In this document: one piece after another, positions 59,155-64,000 of the stretch | How the letters are laid out: each line of letters starts with the position of its first letter | Numbering within the stretch: the first letter of the stretch is position 1 | Assembly: GCA_963740975.1 (NCBI GenBank) | Contig: CAVUGF010000051.1 | Span: 7,286-71,285, forward strand | DNA: 64,000 bases | Reading direction: 5' to 3' | Source of the DNA: an uncultured Alphaproteobacteria bacterium | GTDB lineage: Bacteria; Pseudomonadota; Alphaproteobacteria; Rhizobiales; Rhodomicrobiaceae | Position numbers and translations under genes: made by a program | The notes under the pieces: model-generated | The model's input: only the letters and a program-made list of their open reading frames with translations | The model's database searches: none | Told to the model about the DNA's origin: nothing

Positions 59155-60594
59155 ATGAACAGGAACGCCGTAGCAGGGGCTGCCGTCATGGCAGTCCTCG
59201 CGAGCGCCATTGCCGGCTGACCGTTTCGGGGCCGGCACATGGCCATCGCTGCTGCCCGGCCGCGAGGTTTCGCAGCCCGCCACAGCCCCAGCCCACGCCA
59301 GAACCGTCCTTTATTGGAAAGACCCGGACGGCAGAAACGATTTCGCCGCGGAAGCCAGGAAGACGGCGGACGGCCGCGATTATCTGCCCGTGTACGAAGA
59401 CGAAGAAGCGGGATTCGTCTCGCGCTCAAGTAGCCCAGAGGGCGGTAGCACCGGCAAAGAGACGAAACAGGCCAAGCAGCAAGCAGGCCGTAAGATCCTC
59501 GACCATCGCAACCCCATGGGCCTTCCGGACGTATCGCACGCACCCAAGAAGGAATCGATGGGCATGGACTGACGTGCCCGTCTACGAGGGCGAAGACGAG
59601 GGCGGACCTTCGATCAGGCTTTCGCCCGGAAAACTCCAGCGCACCGGCGTCAAGTCGGAGCCGGCGACGCGCCCGGCGTTCTCACGGTTCCGATCCGCGC
59701 GTCAGGAAACGTACAGGAGGACGAGCACCGGCAGGCTGTCGTGGCGCTGCGCTTCGATGCCTTCCTGAATGAGCTTGAGAACATCACGACCGGCGCCTAC
59801 GTCCACAAGGGCGAGCCCCTGATGCGCGTCTACAGTCCGGCTTTGTCGGCGGCTGCCGCCCAATACGTCACCGATCTCAACCTTCCCAATACGGGCGGGC
59901 TCTCCCAGGATCGCGGCGCGCGCCAGCGGCTCGAAAATCTGGGCGTTCCGGACGCCATAATCGCCGAAATCGCAAAAACCCGCCAAGGCTCGCTGACTGT
60001 CACCTGGCCCGCCCCCCGCGACGGCTTCGTGGTCGAGCACAATGTCGTCGAAGGCATGCAGGCGAAGGCAGGCGATATCCTGTTCCGCATCGCCGATCTC
60101 TCCGTGGTGTGGGTCCTTGCCGATGTGGCCGAACGCGACCTAGGTTTGATCGAGCAGGGCCAATCCGTCGCCGTCACCCCGCGCGCCTATCCCGGCCGCA
60201 CTTTCACAGGCAAAATCGGCCTCATCTACCCCGTGCTCAACAAGGATACGCGCACCGCCCGCGTCCGCATCGAGCTTGCCAACCCGGATGGCATCCTGCG
60301 GCCCAACATGTACGCGGATGCCGTCATCGAAAGCGGCAGTGGGGCGCCTGTAATCGCCGTTCCCGAAAGTGCTGTGATCGATGGCGGCGCGCACCAGTTC
60401 GTCATCGTGGACAAGGGCTCCGGCCGCTTCGAGCCACGCCCCGTGAAGGCCGGCATGCGCGGCAACGGCTTCGTCGAGATCAAGGAGGGCATTTCCGAAG
60501 GCGACAGGGCCGTCACCGCCGCAAACTTCCTTATCGACGCCGAAAGCAACTTGAGGGCTGCCTTCAAAGCCTCGCTGCGGGAGATGTCCAATGA
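59155..60594 (+). pseudogene. cusB: CusB-like RND adaptor, several frameshifts
   Basis: RNPMGLPD....KK.SMGMD.VPVYEGE, LQRTGV, LFRIADLS.VWV, TRTARVRIEL.N, ANFLIDAESNL. Confidence 0.85.
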
Positions 60595-63500
60595 TCGCCC
60601 GGATTATAGACTGGTCGGCGCGCAACGCCCTCCTCGTGCTGATCGCCACCTTCATGGCGGTTGCCGGCGGCATTTATGCGCTCAAGCATCTGCCGCTCGA
60701 CGCCATCCCGGACCTCTCGGACACGCAGGTCATCGTCTACACCACCTATCCCGGCCAGGCGCCGCAGGTGGTCGAGGATCAGGTAACTTATCCGCTCGCG
60801 ACGCGCAATGCTCACGGTGCCCAAATCCAAGGTGGTGCGCGGCTTCTCCTTCTTCGGCGTGTCCTTCGTCTACATCATCTTCGAGGACGGCACGGACATC
60901 TATTGGGCGCGCTAGCCGCGTCCTCGAATATCTGAATCCGCCACCTCCCGGCTGCCAGCGGGCATGCCCCCGTGCTTGGCCCGGACGCGACCAGTGCCGG
61001 CTGGGTCTACCAGTATGCGGCCGTTTCCAAAGACCTGAACCTCGCGCAGACGCGTTCCTTGCAGGATTGGACCTTGCGCTACGGGTTAGCCAAGGCCGAA
61101 GGCATCGCCGAGGTCGCGAGCGTGGGCGGCTTCGTGAAGCAGTACAACGTCATCGTGGACCCCGCAGAAGCTCCGCGATCTCTCCATCCCGCTCGCAAAA
61201 TCCGCGAAGCCATCCGGGGCAGCAACACAGACGTTGGCGGGCGCACGCTGGAGCTTTCCGAGTTCGAATATGTGGTGCGCGGCAAAGGCTATCTGCGGGG
61301 GCTCGACGATATCGGCAAGATTGTGCTCAAGGCCGAGAAGGGCACGCCGGTCCTCTTGCGCGACGTGGCGCGGGTGGAGCTTGGGCCGGACGAGCGGCGC
61401 GGCATCACCGAGTTGAACGGCGAGGGCGAGGTGGCGAGTGGCATTGCCCTGCAGCGCTTCGGGCTCAACGCGCTCGACGTGATCCGCAACGTCAAGAAGC
61501 GCATCGCGGAGCTGGCTGCGAGCTTGCCCAAGGGCACGGACATCGTTCCGGTCTACGACCGTTCGAACCTCATTTACGCGGCCATCGGCACGCTCAAGGA
61601 GACGCTGATCGAGGAAAGCGCCATCGTCGCTCTGGTGTGCATCGTCTTCCTCTTGCACATCCGCAGCGCCCTGGTTGCGATCCTCATGCTGCCGGTCGGC
61701 ATCCTGATGGCGTTGGCGGCCATGCGCTGGCTGGGGCTTGGCGCCAACATCATGAGCCTGGGCGGCATCGCGATTGCCATCGGCGCCATGATCGACGGCG
61801 CCATCGTGATGGTCGAGAACGCGCACAAGCATCTGGAGCGCAATACGGGCAAGCCGCGCGCGGAAATCCTCATCGAGGCAGCAAAGGAAGTAGGGCCGGC
61901 GCTGTTTTTCAGCCTTCTCATCATCACCGTGTCGTTCATGCCGATCTTCACGCTGGAATCGCAGGAAGGCCGGCTGTTCGGCCCGCTTGCCTACACCAAG
62001 ACCTTCTCGATGGCGGCGGCGGCGATGCTTTCGATAACACTGGTGCCGGTGCTGATGCTCCTGTTCGTGCGCGGGCATATCGTCCCGGAACAGAAGAACC
62101 CCATCAACCGGGCGCTGATCTGGATCTACCGGCCCATGATCGAGGCTGTCTTGCGCGCGAGGGGGCTCACGATCCTTGCAGCGCTGCTGATCCTTGCCGC
62201 AAGCATCTGGCCCGCCAGCCGGCTGGGTTCGGAGTTCATGCCGGCTCTCAATGAGGGTACACTGCTCTATATGCCCACGACCCTGCCGGGCATCTCGATC
62301 ACCAAGGCGGCGGAGCTTCTGCAGGTTCAGGACCGGATCATCAAGGGCTTTCCCGAGGTCGCCTCGGTCTACGGCAAGGCGGGCCGCGCCGAGACTTCAA
62401 CCGATCCGGCGCCAACGGAAATGTTTGAAACGATCATCAACCTGAAGCCCAAGGAGGAATGGCGGCCTGGCGTCACCGTCGAAAGCCTGACTGCGGAGAT
62501 GGACAAGGCGCTGCAATTCCCGGGCGTCTCCAACGCCTGGACCATGCCCATCAAGGCGCGCATCGACATGCTGGCGACGGGCATCCGCACGCCCATCGGC
62601 ATCAAGGTGCTGGGCAAGGACCTGGACGAGATGGACCGGGCCGCGAAGGAGATTGAGGCCGTGGTCCGGAAGGTTCCCGGCACCACCAGCGCCTATGCGG
62701 AGCGGGTGATCGGCGGCTACTACCTCGATATCGTCCCCGACCGCGATGCGCTCGCCCGCTACGGCCTGCTCGCCGGCAATCTGCAGGACACGATTGCGAT
62801 GGCGCTGGGCGGCGAGGCGGTGACCACCACGGTCGAGGGCCGCGAGCGCTACACGGTCAACGTCCGCTATCCGCGCGACTTCCGCGACAATCCCGAGGCA
62901 ATCGCCCGCGATGTGCTGGTCTCGCTGCCGGCAGGCGGCGGCACGGTCCCCTTGGGCGAAATCGCCAAAGTCGAGCAGACGCGCGGGCCGAACACGATCC
63001 GCACCGAAAACGGCCAGCTTGCGGTTTACATTTTCGTGGACATGCAAGGCCGCGACATCGGCGGCTACGTCGCCGATGCGCAGAAGGCCGTGGCGGACGG
63101 CGTGACGCTGCCCCAGGGCACTTACCTGCAATGGAGCGGCCAGTTCGAATACATGAGCCGCGCCATCGCAAAGCTTAAACTCATCGTGCCTCTGACGCTC
63201 GCGATCATCTTCCTCTTGCTCTACCTGAACTTCGGCACGCTGACCGAAACGCTCATCGTTATGCTCTCCCTGCCCTTCGCGCTTGTGGGCGGCCTGTGGC
63301 TCATGTGGGCGCTGGGCTTCAACATGTCGGTGGCGGTGGCGGCGGGCTTCATCGCACTGGCTGGCGTTGCCGCCGAGACCGGCGTTGTGATGCTGATCTA
63401 TCTCGATCACGCGGTCCGCGAGGTGAAAGCGGCCTGCCATGCGCAGGGACGGCCTTTCACCAAGGCTGACCTCCATCGCGCCATCATGCTGGGTGCCGTC

Positions 63501-63746
63501 GAGCGCGTGCGCCCAAAAATGATGACGGTGGCCGCCATCATGGCGGGCCTGCTGCCGATCCTTTGGAGCACGGGCACGGGCTCGGAGGTCATGCAGCGCA
63601 TCGCGGTGCCCATGATCGGCGGCATGGTCTCGTCGACGGTGTTGACCTTGATCGTGATCCCGGCAGTCTACGCTTTGGCGAAGGGAGTTGGGCTGAGTAA
63701 AGCCGCATCGGCGTCAATCGAGGCGGCGGCAGCTGGAGAGGCGTGA
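60591..63746 (+). CDS. cusA: CusA-like heavy-metal RND permease; frameshifts at about 60800-60970
   Basis: [70 protein letters not shown]. Confidence 0.92.
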
Positions 63747-64000
63747 CCTGCGGTTTGGGAAAAGTCCGGCATTGTGGACTTGAGGCGCTCTGCCAACTAA
63801 TGCCGCGCGCATGTCTGCACACAGATCTTGTAGCGGAATACAGGCCTGGCACAGCCTACCCCGAAAGAGGCATCGGCCGTGTAACGTGCAACGCCCCCCT
63901 TGACACCTTTGAAGCTGCTGCGATGAGATTGCAGCGTCGATGGCGCTTGCCCCCAAGGTATCTGGCTGCGGATCTTTCAGGCTGCCGGCGTCCAAATCAG

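Noticed and set aside
59570-59572. In-frame TGA in cusB as selenocysteine or readthrough
   Set aside because: The frame also shifts; removing one G restores GAC TAC GTG (DYV) of the usual MGMDY.PVY motif, so it is an indel
59741-62254. 837-aa ORF as a novel CusB fusion
   Set aside because: Only the first ~280 aa are CusB; the rest is an off-frame read through cusA caused by a frameshift

Overview
This is a GC-rich alphaproteobacterial chromosome segment. The gene set (divL, mucR, feuPQ-like pair, IalB, the dapF-mtaB-ftsY-yciB block) points to Hyphomicrobiales, possibly Rhodomicrobium-like; the taxonomy is inference. A core backbone (pheT, dapF, mtaB, ftsY, yciB, divL, bioA, PBP1A, nadE, thrC, M16 peptidase, rimJ-like) is interrupted by three minus-strand tRNA genes (Gly-CCC, Thr-TGT, Glu-CTC), each with mobile-element material at its 3' side. 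The Gly and Glu elements share an RHH-excisionase-integrase cassette. The right third is accessory: a trimeric autotransporter with nested repeats, a small-protein/FIST-like (DUF6976-like) gene pair, mucR, ampG, IS fragments, a collapsed cas3/cas4 remnant and a Cus-type heavy-metal RND operon. Most notable observations: (1) a 114-bp palindromic repeat inserted in frame inside dapF; (2) a CutF/CruR-like Cys/His-rich leader ending in GPPPRA whose stop-codon region can pair with the RBS/start of the downstream efflux operon; (3) an orphan, divergent GTA/phage tail-tube-like gene; (4) a type I-C-like cas operon reduced to a cas3-cas4 in-frame junction; (5) a helicase-nuclease cargo apparently inserted into the 3' end of an integrase. 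There are many single-base frameshifts, and a number are probably long-read or assembly errors. All family calls are from motif recognition by eye, with no database search.
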